Source of the DNA: Pelagibacteraceae bacterium
Lineage (GTDB): Bacteria; Pseudomonadota; Alphaproteobacteria; Pelagibacterales; Pelagibacteraceae
DNA length: 64,000 nt
Assembly (NCBI GenBank): GCA_038146245.1
Contig: JAYQRG010000003.1
Span: forward strand, 741 to 64,740
Direction of reading: 5' to 3'
Below, in pieces: positions 39,882-50,944 of this stretch; position 1 is the stretch's first letter, and every line of letters starts with the position of its first letter. The notes under the pieces are model-generated. The model was not told where the DNA came from, did no database searches, and worked only from the letters and a program-made list of their open reading frames with translations. Both the position numbers and the translations under genes were made by a program.

Positions 39882-41173
39882 TTCTTTAAGACTCGACTGA
39901 TAATATGATTAACATTTTTCATATAGGTTTTCACATTAAATAAATCATTTAATTCTTTAGTTGTTAAATGCTTTTGGATAACTTTATCTTGTTTTAAATT
40001 ATTATAAAAATCTTCATTTTTATTCCAAGTTTTCATAGCATTACTTTGAACAGTTTTGTAGGCAGCTTCACGACTTACTCCTTTTTGAGTAAGTTTTAAC
40101 ATGACAGCTTGTGAAAAAATTAATCCTTTGAATTTATTTAAATTTTTCTCCATATTCTTTGGATAGACAATTAAATTCTTAACAACACTAAGTAATCTTT
40201 GTAATAAAAAGTCCAATGTAACCGTTGCATCTGGTCCAATATTTCTTTCAACGCTTGAATGACTAATATCTCTCTCATGCCACAAGACTACATTCTCCAT
40301 AGCAGGCGCTGCATAACTTCTTACTAATCTTGCAAGTCCAGTTATGTTTTCTGATAACACCGGGTTTCTTTTGTGTGGCATAGCAGAAGATCCTTTTTGA
40401 CCAGAAGAAAAAAATTCTTCTACCTCTAAAACCTCTGTTCTTTGAAGGTGTCTAATTTCAGTTGCCATTCTTTCTGCAGAACTAGCAATCACTGCTAGTA
40501 CATTAAAATAATGTGCATGGCGATCTCTAGGAATTACTTGTGTAGAAATAGGTTCTGCTTTTAATCCTAATTTAGTAGCAACATATTTTTCAATATTAGG
40601 GGATAGGTGGGCAAAATTTCCAACCGCACCTGATATTTGACAAGTAGAAATTTCATCAATCGCTTGAACTAATCTTTTTTTATTTCTTTTAAACTCTTCA
40701 TAAAAGGTTGCTAATTTTAGTCCGAAAGTGATTGGCTCAGCATGAATTCCATGACTCCTGCCAATTGTTATGGTGTGTTTGTATTTTAAAACTTTTGCTT
40801 TAATAGTTTTTAACAACTGATCTAAGTCATTTATTAATATCCTTCCTGATTGTTTTAATTGAATATTAAAACAAGTATCCAGCACATCAGAAGATGTCAT
40901 GCCTTGATGAAGATATTTTGCTTCAGGCCCTACAGTTTCGGCAATTGAGGTTAAAAATGCTATAACATCATGTTTTGTTTTTTTTTCTATTTCATCAATT
41001 CTATTAATATTAATTTTTGCTTTTTTTCTAACTTTACTAGCAATACCTTTTGGAATGACTTTGTATTTTTCCATAGCTTGAGCAGCATGAATTTCTATAT
41101 CTAGCCAAATTTTAAATTTATTCAGTGGCTCCCAAATTTGAGCCATTTCTTTTCTTGTATAACGAGGAATCAT
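39878..41173 (-). CDS. purB: adenylosuccinate lyase
   Basis: 431 aa. Fumarate-lyase signature [11 protein letters not shown]; HQGMTSSDV. Confidence 0.96.
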   Translation of the reverse strand: MIPRYTRKEMAQIWEPLNKFKIWLDIEIHAAQAMEKYKVIPKGIASKVRKKAKININRIDEIEKKTKHDVIAFLTSIAETVGPEAKYLHQGMTSSDVLDTCFNIQLKQSGRILINDLDQLLKTIKAKVLKYKHTITIGRSHGIHAEPITFGLKLATFYEEFKRNKKRLVQAIDEISTCQISGAVGNFAHLSPNIEKYVATKLGLKAEPISTQVIPRDRHAHYFNVLAVIASSAERMATEIRHLQRTEVLEVEEFFSSGQKGSSAMPHKRNPVLSENITGLARLVRSYAAPAMENVVLWHERDISHSSVERNIGPDATVTLDFLLQRLLSVVKNLIVYPKNMEKNLNKFKGLIFSQAVMLKLTQKGVSREAAYKTVQSNAMKTWNKNEDFYNNLKQDKVIQKHLTTKELNDLFNVKTYMKNVNHIISRVLKK

Positions 41174-41187
41174 TTACTTAATTATTA

Positions 41188-41940
41188 TTATGAAAGTGTG
41201 AAAATTTCATAACCATTATTTGTTATACCCACAGTGTGTTCAAATTGTGCGGAAAGAGATTTGTCTTTTGTAACGGCTGTCCAACCATCTGCTAATACTT
41301 TGGTTTCATGTTTTCCAGCATTAATCATTGGTTCAATGGTGAAAACCATACCTTCATCAATTGTGGGACCAAAACCTGCATTGCCATAATGAAGAATATT
41401 TGGCTCTTCGTGAAATTTTCTTCCAATTCCATGACCACAAAAATCTCTCACAACAGAAAAACCTTCTTTTTCTACAAAGCTTTGTATCTCATGGCCAATA
41501 TCACCCAAATGAATTCCTGGCTTTAAAATTTTAATAGACCTATCCAATGCTTCTTTTGTAACATCCACTAATTTTTTTGCTTTTATAGAAACGTTTCCTA
41601 CACAAAAAGTTCTAGATGTATCTCCATGAAATTCATCAATATAGCTAGTGACGTCAATGTTAACAATGTCACCGTCTTGTAAAACTTTGTCCGAAGGAAT
41701 TCCGTGACAAACTACATGATTTACTGAGGTGCAAACTGATTTAGGATAACCTCTATAAAATAGTGGTGCCGAGAAAGCATTATGTTTAGTCAAAAATTCA
41801 GTGGACAAACGATCAATTTCTTCAGTTGTAATACCTGGTTTTATTTTGTCGGTTAAAAAATCTAAACACCAAGATGCTATTTTTCCTGCATGTCTTAATT
41901 TTTTAAAATCTTCACTTGTATATCTTTGAAAAGAGTTCAT
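41188..41940 (-). CDS. map: type I methionine aminopeptidase
   Basis: 250 aa. VCHGIPS, DIVNIDVT, GHGIG, FTIEP, QFEHT metal-ligand contexts. Confidence 0.96.
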   Translation of the reverse strand: MNSFQRYTSEDFKKLRHAGKIASWCLDFLTDKIKPGITTEEIDRLSTEFLTKHNAFSAPLFYRGYPKSVCTSVNHVVCHGIPSDKVLQDGDIVNIDVTSYIDEFHGDTSRTFCVGNVSIKAKKLVDVTKEALDRSIKILKPGIHLGDIGHEIQSFVEKEGFSVVRDFCGHGIGRKFHEEPNILHYGNAGFGPTIDEGMVFTIEPMINAGKHETKVLADGWTAVTKDKSLSAQFEHTVGITNNGYEIFTLS

Positions 41941-42626
41941 TAAAAAATTATTTTTATTTTATTATCTAAAAAAATTTCCTTAGTATTTACTTTACACGAG
42001 TATGCTAAAAAATTAACTCCATTTTTTTTAGCTTTAATAAATTCTTTATGATAATCTTGGTCAATATCCTCAGCTATTTTAAATTTATTACAATCCTCTC
42101 TTTGAACTAGAAAAATAAGATAGCTTTTATAACCGTTCTTGGTAGCTTTTTGTAATTCCTCAAGATGTTTTAAACCTCTAGAAGTTATGGCGTCAGGAAA
42201 TTCCGCAATTTTTTTTTTTCTACATAATGTTACATTTTTAACCTCAATAAACACCCTATTATCAATGCAAAAATCAAATCTAGTGTGATCACCGAATTTT
42301 ACTTCTCTTTTTACTTCTTTGTAATTTTTAAGTTCTTTTACCTTTTTGTTTATAATAGCTTCTTCAATAATCTTATTTGCTAAAATGGTATTTATTCCTA
42401 CATTACTTTTTCCATCATTTAAAATTTCTAATGTAAATTTTAATTTTCTATCAGGATTTTTACTTTCAGATATCCAGGCATTCGAATTCTTATTTAACAA
42501 ACCTAACATAGATCCAGAATTTGGGCAGTGAACAGTTAATTTTTTATTTTGATGAAGAACATCAACAAAGAATCTTTTATATCTTTTTAAAAACTTAACG
42601 TGTAATAAATCATTTATAAATTTCAT
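41940..42626 (-). CDS. sfsA: sugar fermentation stimulation protein SfsA family (nuclease-fold DNA-binding protein)
   Basis: 228 aa. RYKRFFVDV, HCPNSGSM, IEVKNVT. Confidence 0.88.
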   Translation of the reverse strand: MKFINDLLHVKFLKRYKRFFVDVLHQNKKLTVHCPNSGSMLGLLNKNSNAWISESKNPDRKLKFTLEILNDGKSNVGINTILANKIIEEAIINKKVKELKNYKEVKREVKFGDHTRFDFCIDNRVFIEVKNVTLCRKKKIAEFPDAITSRGLKHLEELQKATKNGYKSYLIFLVQREDCNKFKIAEDIDQDYHKEFIKAKKNGVNFLAYSCKVNTKEIFLDNKIKIIF

Positions 42627-43367
42627 ATGAATTTTGAAAAGAAATATACCGCAGCCATCGTTATCATTGGAAATGAAATTTTATCTGGAAGAACCGTGGA
42701 TAAAAATACTTCCTTTCTTGCAACCTGGTTAAATGAAAAAGGAATAAGCGTAGAGGAAGTAAGAGCTATTCCTGATAAAGAACAGGTAATTATTGATACC
42801 GTAAATGAGATGAGAAAAAAATATGGGTATGTATTTACAAGTGGAGGAATTGGGCCTACTCATGATGATATTACTTCTGAATCTATTTCAAAAGTTTTTG
42901 GGCAAAAATATCAATATAATCAAGAGGCTTATAAAATATTAGAAAGTTATTACAAAAATCAAGATTTTAATGAAAGCAGAAAAAAAATGGCAAAGATGCC
43001 AGAACACGCTAAATTAATTCCAAACCCTAAAACTTTTGCAGCTGGTTTTTATGTAGAAAATGTTTTTGTATTGCCTGGTGTACCAAGCATTCTCCAAGCC
43101 ATGGTTTCATATCTTGATAGTATTATTGCATCAGGAAAAAAAATATTATCTCTTTCTTGCGATACAGGTCTTAGAGAAAGTGCAATTGCAGATGATTTGT
43201 CCAAAATACAAGATGAATATCCCGAAGTAGACATTGGTAGTTACCCCTATTTTAAAGAAAAACCAGGTACTGTTTTAGTGATGAGATCTACAGATGAAAT
43301 TAAGATTACCGAATGTAATAAAGTAATTAATTTATTAGTTTCTAAATTAAAAAAAGAACAAAATTAA
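42627..43367 (+). CDS. CinA-like molybdopterin-binding (MoCF_biosynth) domain protein
   Basis: 246 aa. AAIVIIGNEILSGRTVDKN, TSGGIGPTHDDIT. No C-terminal PncC deamidase domain. Confidence 0.8.
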   Translation: MNFEKKYTAAIVIIGNEILSGRTVDKNTSFLATWLNEKGISVEEVRAIPDKEQVIIDTVNEMRKKYGYVFTSGGIGPTHDDITSESISKVFGQKYQYNQEAYKILESYYKNQDFNESRKKMAKMPEHAKLIPNPKTFAAGFYVENVFVLPGVPSILQAMVSYLDSIIASGKKILSLSCDTGLRESAIADDLSKIQDEYPEVDIGSYPYFKEKPGTVLVMRSTDEIKITECNKVINLLVSKLKKEQN

Positions 43368-45058
43368 TTTTTTTTTAATATTTTTCTAGCAACTGTTTCA
43401 GCAATTAGCATTACGGGAGCGTTAGTATTTCCCGAAGTAATATTTGGCATTACAGATGCATCTATAACCCTTAACTTGGAAATACCCCTAACTCTACACT
43501 CTGAGTCCAGTACGGTTTTTGGATCTTCCGAGTTGCCACTAATATCAACTTTTCCCATAACGCAAGTTCCAACAGGATGAAATATTGTTGTACCAAGATC
43601 TCTTGCAGCATTTTTTAACTCATCATCTGTTGTGATTTTGATACCAGGTAACATTTCTTCTGGCATAAAAGGTTTTAAGGCTTTGCTATTCATAATTTCT
43701 CTAGTTTTTCTTAAACCCAAAACTGCAACATCTAAATCTTCTTTAGTAGATAAATAGTTACAATTTATTTTTGGGTAAACTAAAGGATCAGAGCTTATAG
43801 CTCTAATCCAACCTCTGGAAGTTGGTCTTAAATTACAAACACTAGGTGTAATCGCATTAAATGGATGAAGCGGGTCACCAAATTTTGGTAGAGATAGAGG
43901 TTGCACATGCCATTCGAGATTAGGACTTTTTTGATTAGAGTCACTTTTTGTAAATGCACCTAAAGTTGATGGTGGCATTGTAAGAGGACCTGTTCTAAAA
44001 AGAGCATACTCAATACCCATCCATAACCTTGAAAATATATTTTTATATAAAGTGTTTACCGTTTTACAGTTTGATACTTTATAAACTGTTCTAATCTGTA
44101 GGTGATCATGTAGGTTTTCTCCAACTCCTGAAAGTTCGTGAATTGGCTTGATGCCAATTTTATTTAATAAAGAATAATCTCCAATTCCAGAAACTTGTAA
44201 GAGATGGGGCGTGCTAACTGCGCCAGCAGATAATATAACTTGATTATTTGCTGTAACTATAAATTTTTTATTTTTATTTAAAATTTCAAGGCCATAACTT
44301 TCTAATTTTGAATTAGCCCATGCCCGTTCTATATTTGTTGGATTTTTTTTAGTTTCATCTGATATTTCTTTGACAAGAACTTTTAGAACTTGTGTATTTG
44401 TCATGATGGTTAAATTTTTTCTGTTTTGAATAGGTTTTAAAAAAGAGTCAGCCATTGACCATCTTAAACCTTTTTTTTGGTTCATATGAAAGTAAGCACA
44501 ACCTTCATTATTTCCTCTATTAAATTCTTCAACTGATGGAATGCCTTGTTCTGCGGCTGCTTTTCTCCAAGAGTCTAATATGGGCCATTGAACCCTTGGT
44601 TTTTCTACTCTCATTTCTCCCTTATTTCCGTGCCATTGATTTTCACCAGCAAAATAATTTTCAATTGATTTAAAAGTTTCTAAAGTATTTTTCCAATTCC
44701 ATATAGAGTCACCAGTTTTATCGCTCCATATTTGATAATCACTTTCTTGACCTCTCATATAAATCATTGCGTTTATTGAGGAACTTCCACCTATTACTTT
44801 ACCTCTAGCATAGTGAATTGATCTTCCATTTAAACCTGGGTCATTTTCAGTTTTAAAACACCAGTCTGTTCTTGGATTCGCTATAGTAAAAAGATAACCA
44901 ACAGGGATTTTGATCCAAATCCAATCGTCTTTTCCTCCAGCTTCTATTAAAAGAACTTTATGATTAGGGTTTGCAGATAGTCTATTTGCTAGAAGGCATC
45001 CAGCACTACCTGCACCAACTATAATTGTATCGTAGTTTAAGTTTTTTGAATCAATCAT
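43364..45058 (-). CDS. GMC-family FAD oxidoreductase (choline/alcohol dehydrogenase-like)
   Basis: 564 aa. YDTIIVGAGSAGCLLANRLS, GKVIGGSSSINAM, C-terminal HPVGTCVMG...DASVMP. Confidence 0.85.
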   Translation of the reverse strand: MIDSKNLNYDTIIVGAGSAGCLLANRLSANPNHKVLLIEAGGKDDWIWIKIPVGYLFTIANPRTDWCFKTENDPGLNGRSIHYARGKVIGGSSSINAMIYMRGQESDYQIWSDKTGDSIWNWKNTLETFKSIENYFAGENQWHGNKGEMRVEKPRVQWPILDSWRKAAAEQGIPSVEEFNRGNNEGCAYFHMNQKKGLRWSMADSFLKPIQNRKNLTIMTNTQVLKVLVKEISDETKKNPTNIERAWANSKLESYGLEILNKNKKFIVTANNQVILSAGAVSTPHLLQVSGIGDYSLLNKIGIKPIHELSGVGENLHDHLQIRTVYKVSNCKTVNTLYKNIFSRLWMGIEYALFRTGPLTMPPSTLGAFTKSDSNQKSPNLEWHVQPLSLPKFGDPLHPFNAITPSVCNLRPTSRGWIRAISSDPLVYPKINCNYLSTKEDLDVAVLGLRKTREIMNSKALKPFMPEEMLPGIKITTDDELKNAARDLGTTIFHPVGTCVMGKVDISGNSEDPKTVLDSECRVRGISKLRVIDASVMPNITSGNTNAPVMLIAETVARKILKKN

Positions 45059-45193
45059 TTAAATTTATGAAAGAATTATTTTTTTAATATTAATCTATAT
45101 ATCATTCAAAAGATCCACAAAACCTTACATAAGAAAAAATATTGATCTCTATTGATATAAAAAAAGCATTAATATACAACGATTGTTTAATGG

Positions 45194-45279
45194 GCCCTCG
45201 TGGTGGAATTGGTAGACACAAAGGACTTAAAATCCTTGCCCGTAAGGGAGTGCCGGTTCGAGTCCGGCCGAGGGCACCA
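45194..45279 (+). tRNA. tRNA-Leu (anticodon TAA), type II with long variable arm, CCA encoded
   Basis: 86 nt. Acceptor GCCCTCG/CGAGGGC, anticodon stem AAGGA/TCCTT with loop CTTAAAA, variable arm GCCCGTAAGGGAGT, T arm GCCGG-TTCGAGT-CCGGC. Confidence 0.92.
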
Positions 45280-45300
45280 CTAGTATGATATCGAAATAAA

Positions 45301-46320
45301 ATGCAAAAAAATTCTTTAATATTAGGTTTTGGGATAGCTAGTACAGCTTATTTATCACTTTTAGACTTTAACGGTCTAAAAGCTACAGTGGTAGGAAGCC
45401 CTTTGGATACTAAAAGAATAAATTTACTAAAAAAAAATAGAAAAGATAAAAAAAACAATTTAGTTTTTTCAAAAAAAATTAGATTTATCTCTTTTGATGA
45501 AATTAATGAAATAAATAAAAAAAAATTTGATTTTGTAATAATTGGCACAAACTCAAAAGGTATTAATTGGGCCGTAAAAATAATTAACGATCTAAAAGTT
45601 AAATGTCCAATACTTTTAATTACCAAGGGTCTCATCCTTTTTAAAAAAAAAATAATTACTCTTAGTCAATTTATTTCCAAAAAAACAAAAAACAAAAAAA
45701 TCGTAATGTCAGCTGGACCTTGTCTTGCGCATGAATTAATTAAAAAAGTTCATACTAGAACAATTTTTTCTTCATCAAACATTAAAAATGCTGAGTTTCT
45801 AAAAAAAATTTTAGAAAACCAATATTACCATCCAGATTTAACCAGTGATATTATTGGAGCAGAAATTTGCGCCGCAATCAAAAACTTATTTTCAATAGTA
45901 ATTGGATCTTCAGAAGGTCAAAGTGGAAAGTTAGTTAAATCCAACGTTACAAAATTTTTTAATCCAGCATCAGCATTATTTGAGCAATCTGTAAAAGAAA
46001 TGATTGTTATAGTTAAAAAACTTGGAGGAAATAAAGAAACAGTTTCTAATTTAGCTGGAGTTGGAGATTTGTATGTTAGTGTTTTAGGCGGAAGAAATAG
46101 TAAACTTGGCTATTTTTTGGGTAAAGGAATGACTTATAAAAATATTATTTCAAAAAAAATGAGGGGCATAACTATTGAAGGCGCGGAATTAGCAAAGGAG
46201 CTAGGTAATGAAATTATATCTTTAGTTAATAAAAAAAAACTTCCACTTACTAGTTCTTTGGTTGATGCAATAAATAACAATAAAAAACTTAAGATTCATT
46301 GGAAAAAATTTGCTTTTTGA
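45301..46320 (+). CDS. divergent NAD(P)H-dependent glycerol-3-phosphate dehydrogenase (GpsA)-like protein
   Basis: 339 aa. GpsA-like blocks ITKGL, SAGPCLAHEL, GAEICAAIKNLFSIVIG, AGVGDLYVS..GGRNSKLGYFLGKG, EGAELAKEL. The N-terminal dinucleotide motif is degenerate (ILGFGIAS). Confidence 0.55.
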   Translation: MQKNSLILGFGIASTAYLSLLDFNGLKATVVGSPLDTKRINLLKKNRKDKKNNLVFSKKIRFISFDEINEINKKKFDFVIIGTNSKGINWAVKIINDLKVKCPILLITKGLILFKKKIITLSQFISKKTKNKKIVMSAGPCLAHELIKKVHTRTIFSSSNIKNAEFLKKILENQYYHPDLTSDIIGAEICAAIKNLFSIVIGSSEGQSGKLVKSNVTKFFNPASALFEQSVKEMIVIVKKLGGNKETVSNLAGVGDLYVSVLGGRNSKLGYFLGKGMTYKNIISKKMRGITIEGAELAKELGNEIISLVNKKKLPLTSSLVDAINNNKKLKIHWKKFAF

Positions 46321-46392
46321 CCAATTAAATTAGCTAAATTGTGGAAAAATAATCATAATATCTTTGAATTACTTTATATATAAGTCCTATGT

Positions 46393-46761
46393 ATGATTTT
46401 TGACTTTTTAAGAGACTACGCAACAATCCTTATATTTTTAGTTATATCTACTGTATTAGGTTTTGGTTTTATTATTGTTAATTTTTTATTTTCTCCAAAA
46501 AACCCTGATCCAGAAAAACTATCTGCTTATGAATGTGGCTTTGAAGCTTTTGATGATGCCAGAATGAAATTTGATGTAAGATTTTATTTAGTAGCAATTC
46601 TTTTTATAATATTTGATCTTGAAGTGGCCTTTCTTTTTCCATGGGCAATATCTTTGGGTAATATTGGACTATTTGGTTTTTGTTCAATGATGTTTTTTTT
46701 AATTATTCTAACCGTAGGTTTTATATACGAGTGGAAGAAAGGTGCTTTAGACTGGGAATAA
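46393..46761 (+). CDS. nuoA: NADH-quinone oxidoreductase subunit A
   Basis: 122 aa, 3 [21 protein letters not shown]. Confidence 0.95.
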   Translation: MIFDFLRDYATILIFLVISTVLGFGFIIVNFLFSPKNPDPEKLSAYECGFEAFDDARMKFDVRFYLVAILFIIFDLEVAFLFPWAISLGNIGLFGFCSMMFFLIILTVGFIYEWKKGALDWE

Positions 46762-46762
46762 A

Positions 46763-47284
46763 ATGAAAACGTCTATTAAATCAAACGAAGTTCCTACCGA
46801 GTTTAAAGAAATTGCAGAAGATTTTTCAAAAAAAGGATTTATCACAGTAGCGAGTGATACTTTGATTAACTGGGCGCGTACCGGCTCGTTGCATTGGATG
46901 ACATTTGGACTTGCTTGCTGCGCTGTTGAAATGATGCAAGCTTCAATGCCTAGATACGATCTAGAAAGATTTGGTGCTGCACCTCGAGCTTCTCCTAGAC
47001 AATCTGACGTTATGATTGTTGCAGGAACTTTAACAAATAAAATGGCTCCAGCTTTAAGAAAGGTTTATGATCAAATGCCAGAACCTCGCTATGTTATCTC
47101 AATGGGGAGCTGTGCAAATGGAGGTGGATATTATCACTATTCTTATTCTGTTGTTAGAGGCTGTGACCGTATAGTTCCTGTAGATATTTATGTGCCTGGC
47201 TGCCCACCAAGTGCTGAAGCGCTTTTATATGGAATATTGCAACTTCAAAAAAAAATTAGAAGAGAAGGTTCCTTAAATAGATAG
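46763..47284 (+). CDS. nuoB: NADH-quinone oxidoreductase subunit B
   Basis: 173 aa. [25 protein letters not shown] (N2 cluster ligands). Confidence 0.97.
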   Translation: MKTSIKSNEVPTEFKEIAEDFSKKGFITVASDTLINWARTGSLHWMTFGLACCAVEMMQASMPRYDLERFGAAPRASPRQSDVMIVAGTLTNKMAPALRKVYDQMPEPRYVISMGSCANGGGYYHYSYSVVRGCDRIVPVDIYVPGCPPSAEALLYGILQLQKKIRREGSLNR

Positions 47285-47288
47285 TTTT

Positions 47289-47891
47289 ATGATTGAAGGG
47301 TTAAAAAAAATAAAAGTTTTAATTGACGGAAACCCAAATTTAAAATTTATTAATTCCAAACTTGAAAATGATAATTTAATATGTTTATCAAATGTTTCTG
47401 ATTTAATAGAAAATATTTCTCAGTTAAAAAAGCATAAAGATTTTAAATTTAGACAGCTCTGCGAAATTTTAGCAGTAGATTTTCCCAATAAAGAAAAAAG
47501 ATTTGAAGTAATTTATCTTTTATTAAGTCATGAAAAAAATTTAAGGATTAATGTAAAGGTTCTTATTCAAGAAAATGAAAAAATCCCAAGTCTTACGTCA
47601 GTTTATCCTTCTGCTAATTGGTTAGAACGAGAAGTGTTCGACATGTTTGGTGTTACTTTTGAAAATCATCCTGATCTTAGAAGAATATTAACAGACTATA
47701 ATTTTGAAGGGTATCCGCTTAGAAAAGATTTTCCATTAACTGGATATAAAGAAGTAAGGTATGATTCTGAATCCAGAAAGGTTATTTACGAACCTGTTAG
47801 GCTACAGCAAGCATATCGTGATTTTGATTTTAAAAGTCCATGGCAAGGACCTGATTACATTAAAGAGGAACTTAATAAAATTAAGAAATAA
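47289..47891 (+). CDS. nuoC: NADH-quinone oxidoreductase subunit C
   Basis: 200 aa. [26 protein letters not shown]. Confidence 0.95.
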   Translation: MIEGLKKIKVLIDGNPNLKFINSKLENDNLICLSNVSDLIENISQLKKHKDFKFRQLCEILAVDFPNKEKRFEVIYLLLSHEKNLRINVKVLIQENEKIPSLTSVYPSANWLEREVFDMFGVTFENHPDLRRILTDYNFEGYPLRKDFPLTGYKEVRYDSESRKVIYEPVRLQQAYRDFDFKSPWQGPDYIKEELNKIKK

Positions 47892-49066
47892 TGAAAAAAG
47901 AATTTAAAACAATCAATCTAAACTTTGGACCACAGCATCCAGCTGCGCATGGGGTATTAAGATTAATATTAGAGCTAGATGGAGAAGTCGTAGAGAGAGC
48001 TGACCCACATATTGGGTTATTGCATAGAGGAACAGAAAAACTGATTGAAAATAAAACCTTCACACAAGCGGTACCTTACTTTGATAGGCTTGATTATGTT
48101 GCCCCAATGAATCAAGAACATGCTTTCGCTTTGGCAGTAGAAAAACTAATGAAAATAGATGTACCAATTAGAGCTAAATATATAAGAGTAATTTTTTGTG
48201 AAATTGGAAGATTGCTCAGTCATATATTAAATATTACTACTCAAGCTTTAGATGTTGGCGCTTTAACACCTTCTTTGTGGGGTTTTGAAGAAAGAGAAAA
48301 ATTAATGATATTTTATGAAAGAGTTTCAGGATCTAGGCTACATGCTAATTATTTTAGACCAGGAGGAGTTCACATCGATATGCCTTCAGGTTTGGATAAG
48401 GATATTTACGATTTTTGTGAAAATTTCCCAAAAATTATTGATGATTTAGAAAGCTTACTTACGGATAACAGAATCTTCAAACAAAGAAACGTTGATATTG
48501 GAGTTGTCTCAGTTCAAGAAGCATTAGACCATGGTTTTTCTGGCGTGATGCTTAGAGGTTCTGGCATTCCATGGGATCTTAGAAAATCACAACCCTATGA
48601 TGGATACGATCTTTTCGATTTTAAAATTCCAGTTGGAAAAAATGGTGACTGTTATGACAGATATCTTTGTAGAATAGAAGAAATGAGAGAAAGTATAAAA
48701 ATTATTAAACAAGCTATTAATAATTTACCAGCGGGTCCAATTATGACTTTAGACTCCAGAGTTTCACCACCAAAGAGATCTGAAATGAAAAAAAGTATGG
48801 AAGCTCTTATTAATCATTTTAAATTATATACGGAGGGTTACCATGTTCCAAAAGGGGAAGTTTATTCTGCAGTAGAGGCACCCAAAGGAGAGTTTGGTGT
48901 TTATTTAGTTTCTGATGGTTCTAATAAACCCTATCGATGCAAAATCAAAGCCCCTGGTTTTGTGCATCTTCAGGCAATGGATTACATGATTAAAGGCCAT
49001 ATGTTAGCAGATGTTCCAGCAGTTTTAGGATCAATGGATATAGTATTTGGAGAAGTAGATAGATGA
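47891..49066 (+). CDS. nuoD: NADH-quinone oxidoreductase subunit D
   Basis: 391 aa. [26 protein letters not shown]. Confidence 0.97.
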   Translation: MKKEFKTINLNFGPQHPAAHGVLRLILELDGEVVERADPHIGLLHRGTEKLIENKTFTQAVPYFDRLDYVAPMNQEHAFALAVEKLMKIDVPIRAKYIRVIFCEIGRLLSHILNITTQALDVGALTPSLWGFEEREKLMIFYERVSGSRLHANYFRPGGVHIDMPSGLDKDIYDFCENFPKIIDDLESLLTDNRIFKQRNVDIGVVSVQEALDHGFSGVMLRGSGIPWDLRKSQPYDGYDLFDFKIPVGKNGDCYDRYLCRIEEMRESIKIIKQAINNLPAGPIMTLDSRVSPPKRSEMKKSMEALINHFKLYTEGYHVPKGEVYSAVEAPKGEFGVYLVSDGSNKPYRCKIKAPGFVHLQAMDYMIKGHMLADVPAVLGSMDIVFGEVDR

Positions 49067-49668
49067 GCGGAAAACATATTGCTAAAAACCAACCAGTCTC
49101 TTTTTCATTTTCTGACGAAAACAAAAAAAAAATTGAATCAATTTTAAAAAAATATCCATCTAACAAAAAGAAAAGTGCTGTAATGCCTTTATTATATTTA
49201 GCTCAAAGACAAAATGAAAATTGGATACCCTTAGCAGCCATTCAAAAGATAGCTGATCTTTTAGAAATTACTTACATAAAAGTTTTTGAAGTTGCCACTT
49301 TTTATACCATGTACAACCTTGCACCAGTAGGAAAATACTTCATTCAAGTATGCACTACTACACCTTGTATGATTAGAGGTTCTGGAAAAATTGTTGAAAT
49401 GTGTAAAAAACATATTTCATCTGAGCCTGGTCATTTAAGCAATGATAAAAAAAGTTCTTGGATTGAGGTTGAATGTTTGGGTGCTTGTGTAAATGCACCT
49501 ATGATTCAAATTAATGATGATTATTACGAAGATTTAGATGAAAAAAAAACTGAGCAAATTTTTTTAGAACTTAAAAATGATAAATTACCAAAAATTGGTT
49601 CTCAAAAAGGAAGAAAAGGATCAGAACCAATTTCTAATAGAACAACTTTAATAGAAAAAAATGCTTAA
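49063..49668 (+). CDS. nuoE: NADH-quinone oxidoreductase subunit E
   Basis: 201 aa. 2Fe-2S ligand contexts QVCTTTPCM and [10 protein letters not shown]. Confidence 0.95.
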   Translation: MSGKHIAKNQPVSFSFSDENKKKIESILKKYPSNKKKSAVMPLLYLAQRQNENWIPLAAIQKIADLLEITYIKVFEVATFYTMYNLAPVGKYFIQVCTTTPCMIRGSGKIVEMCKKHISSEPGHLSNDKKSSWIEVECLGACVNAPMIQINDDYYEDLDEKKTEQIFLELKNDKLPKIGSQKGRKGSEPISNRTTLIEKNA

Positions 49669-50944
49669 AGATCAAGACAGAATATTCAAAAATTTATATG
49701 GAGATCAGAGTTTTGACCTTTCTTCTGCAATCGTTAGAGGTGATTGGAAAGACACAAAGCAAATCGTAGAAAAAGGAAAAGATTGGATCATAGATGAAAT
49801 AAAAAAATCTGAATTAAGAGGAAGAGGTGGGGCCGGTTTTCCAACAGGATTGAAATGGTCTTTTGCTCCAAAAGAACCAAAAAAAGAAAGACCTCATTAT
49901 TTAGTTATTAATGCCGATGAGTCTGAACCAGGCACATGTAAAGATAGAGATATATTAAGATACGAACCACAAAAATTGATAGAAGGTTCTTTAATTGCAT
50001 CCTACGCGGTAGGCGCCCATGCTTGTTACGTATATATTAGAGGCGAGTATGTGAACGAAGGAAAAATTCTACAAAAAGCTATTGATCAAGCATATGAAAA
50101 AGGTTTTATAGGTAGAAATGCATCTGGTACTGGATGGGATTTTGATATGTATGTTCACTTTGGTGCCGGTGCATATATTTGTGGTGAAGAAACTGCACTT
50201 TTAGAAAGCCTTGAGGGTAATAAAGGTCAGCCAAGATTAAAACCCCCATTCCCAGCTTTAGTTGGTTTATATGGATGTCCAACAATAGTAAACAATGTTG
50301 AAACAATCGCTGTTGTGCCAACTATTTTAAAAAGAGGATCAAGCTGGTTTGCTTCATTTGGAAGACCTAAGAATCGTGGAACTAAAATTTTTTGTATTTC
50401 TGGCAACGTAAACAATCCTTGTAATGTTGAAGAGGAAATGAGCATTCCTTTAAAGGAATTGATCGAAAAACATGCTGGAGGTGTAATTGGGGGTTGGGAT
50501 AATTTACAAGCAGTAATTCCAGGAGGTTCGTCGATGCCCATGTTGCCTAAAAAAATATGCGATCATATTTTAATGGATTTTGATTCGTTAGTTGAGGCTA
50601 AGAGTGGTTTAGGAACTGCTGGTATTGTAGTAATTGATAAATCGCAAGATATTGTATCATGTGTAGCTAGAATTTCTCGATTTTATAAACATGAAAGTTG
50701 CGGACAATGTACCCCATGTAGAGAAGGGTCAGGTTGGCTATGGAGAATGATGGAACGAATTAATCAAGGGGAAGCTGAATTACATGAAATTGATATGCTA
50801 CTTGATGTTACAAAACAAATCGAAGGCCACACCATATGTGCTTTTGGTGAAGCAACCGCTTGGCCAGTACAAGGTTTGTTAAGGCATTTTAGATCTGAAT
50901 TAGAAAATAAATGCACAAACTTAAAATTTAGGAAAATTGCTTAA
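49661..50944 (+). CDS. nuoF: NADH-quinone oxidoreductase subunit F
   Basis: 427 aa. [41 protein letters not shown]. Confidence 0.97.
   Translation: MLKDQDRIFKNLYGDQSFDLSSAIVRGDWKDTKQIVEKGKDWIIDEIKKSELRGRGGAGFPTGLKWSFAPKEPKKERPHYLVINADESEPGTCKDRDILRYEPQKLIEGSLIASYAVGAHACYVYIRGEYVNEGKILQKAIDQAYEKGFIGRNASGTGWDFDMYVHFGAGAYICGEETALLESLEGNKGQPRLKPPFPALVGLYGCPTIVNNVETIAVVPTILKRGSSWFASFGRPKNRGTKIFCISGNVNNPCNVEEEMSIPLKELIEKHAGGVIGGWDNLQAVIPGGSSMPMLPKKICDHILMDFDSLVEAKSGLGTAGIVVIDKSQDIVSCVARISRFYKHESCGQCTPCREGSGWLWRMMERINQGEAELHEIDMLLDVTKQIEGHTICAFGEATAWPVQGLLRHFRSELENKCTNLKFRKIA

Noticed and set aside
45141-45160. Direct repeat ATTGAT-ctct-ATTGAT upstream of tRNA-Leu.
   Set aside because: A short 6-nt AT-rich repeat is easily produced by chance. 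No matching -10 sits at the proper spacing and no second copy occurs elsewhere in the window.
50106-50541. Two overlapping antisense ORFs (71 and 104 aa) inside nuoF. Similar 92-106-aa antisense ORFs occur in mrcA (14503-14823), sufC (23064-23345), aapP (33580-33858), the gpsA-like gene (45348-45635), nuoI (54019-54315) and nuoL (56675-56959).
   Set aside because: They occur where the sense gene is relatively GC-richer and highly conserved, so stop codons are depleted on the opposite strand. There is no start context, motif or independent support.
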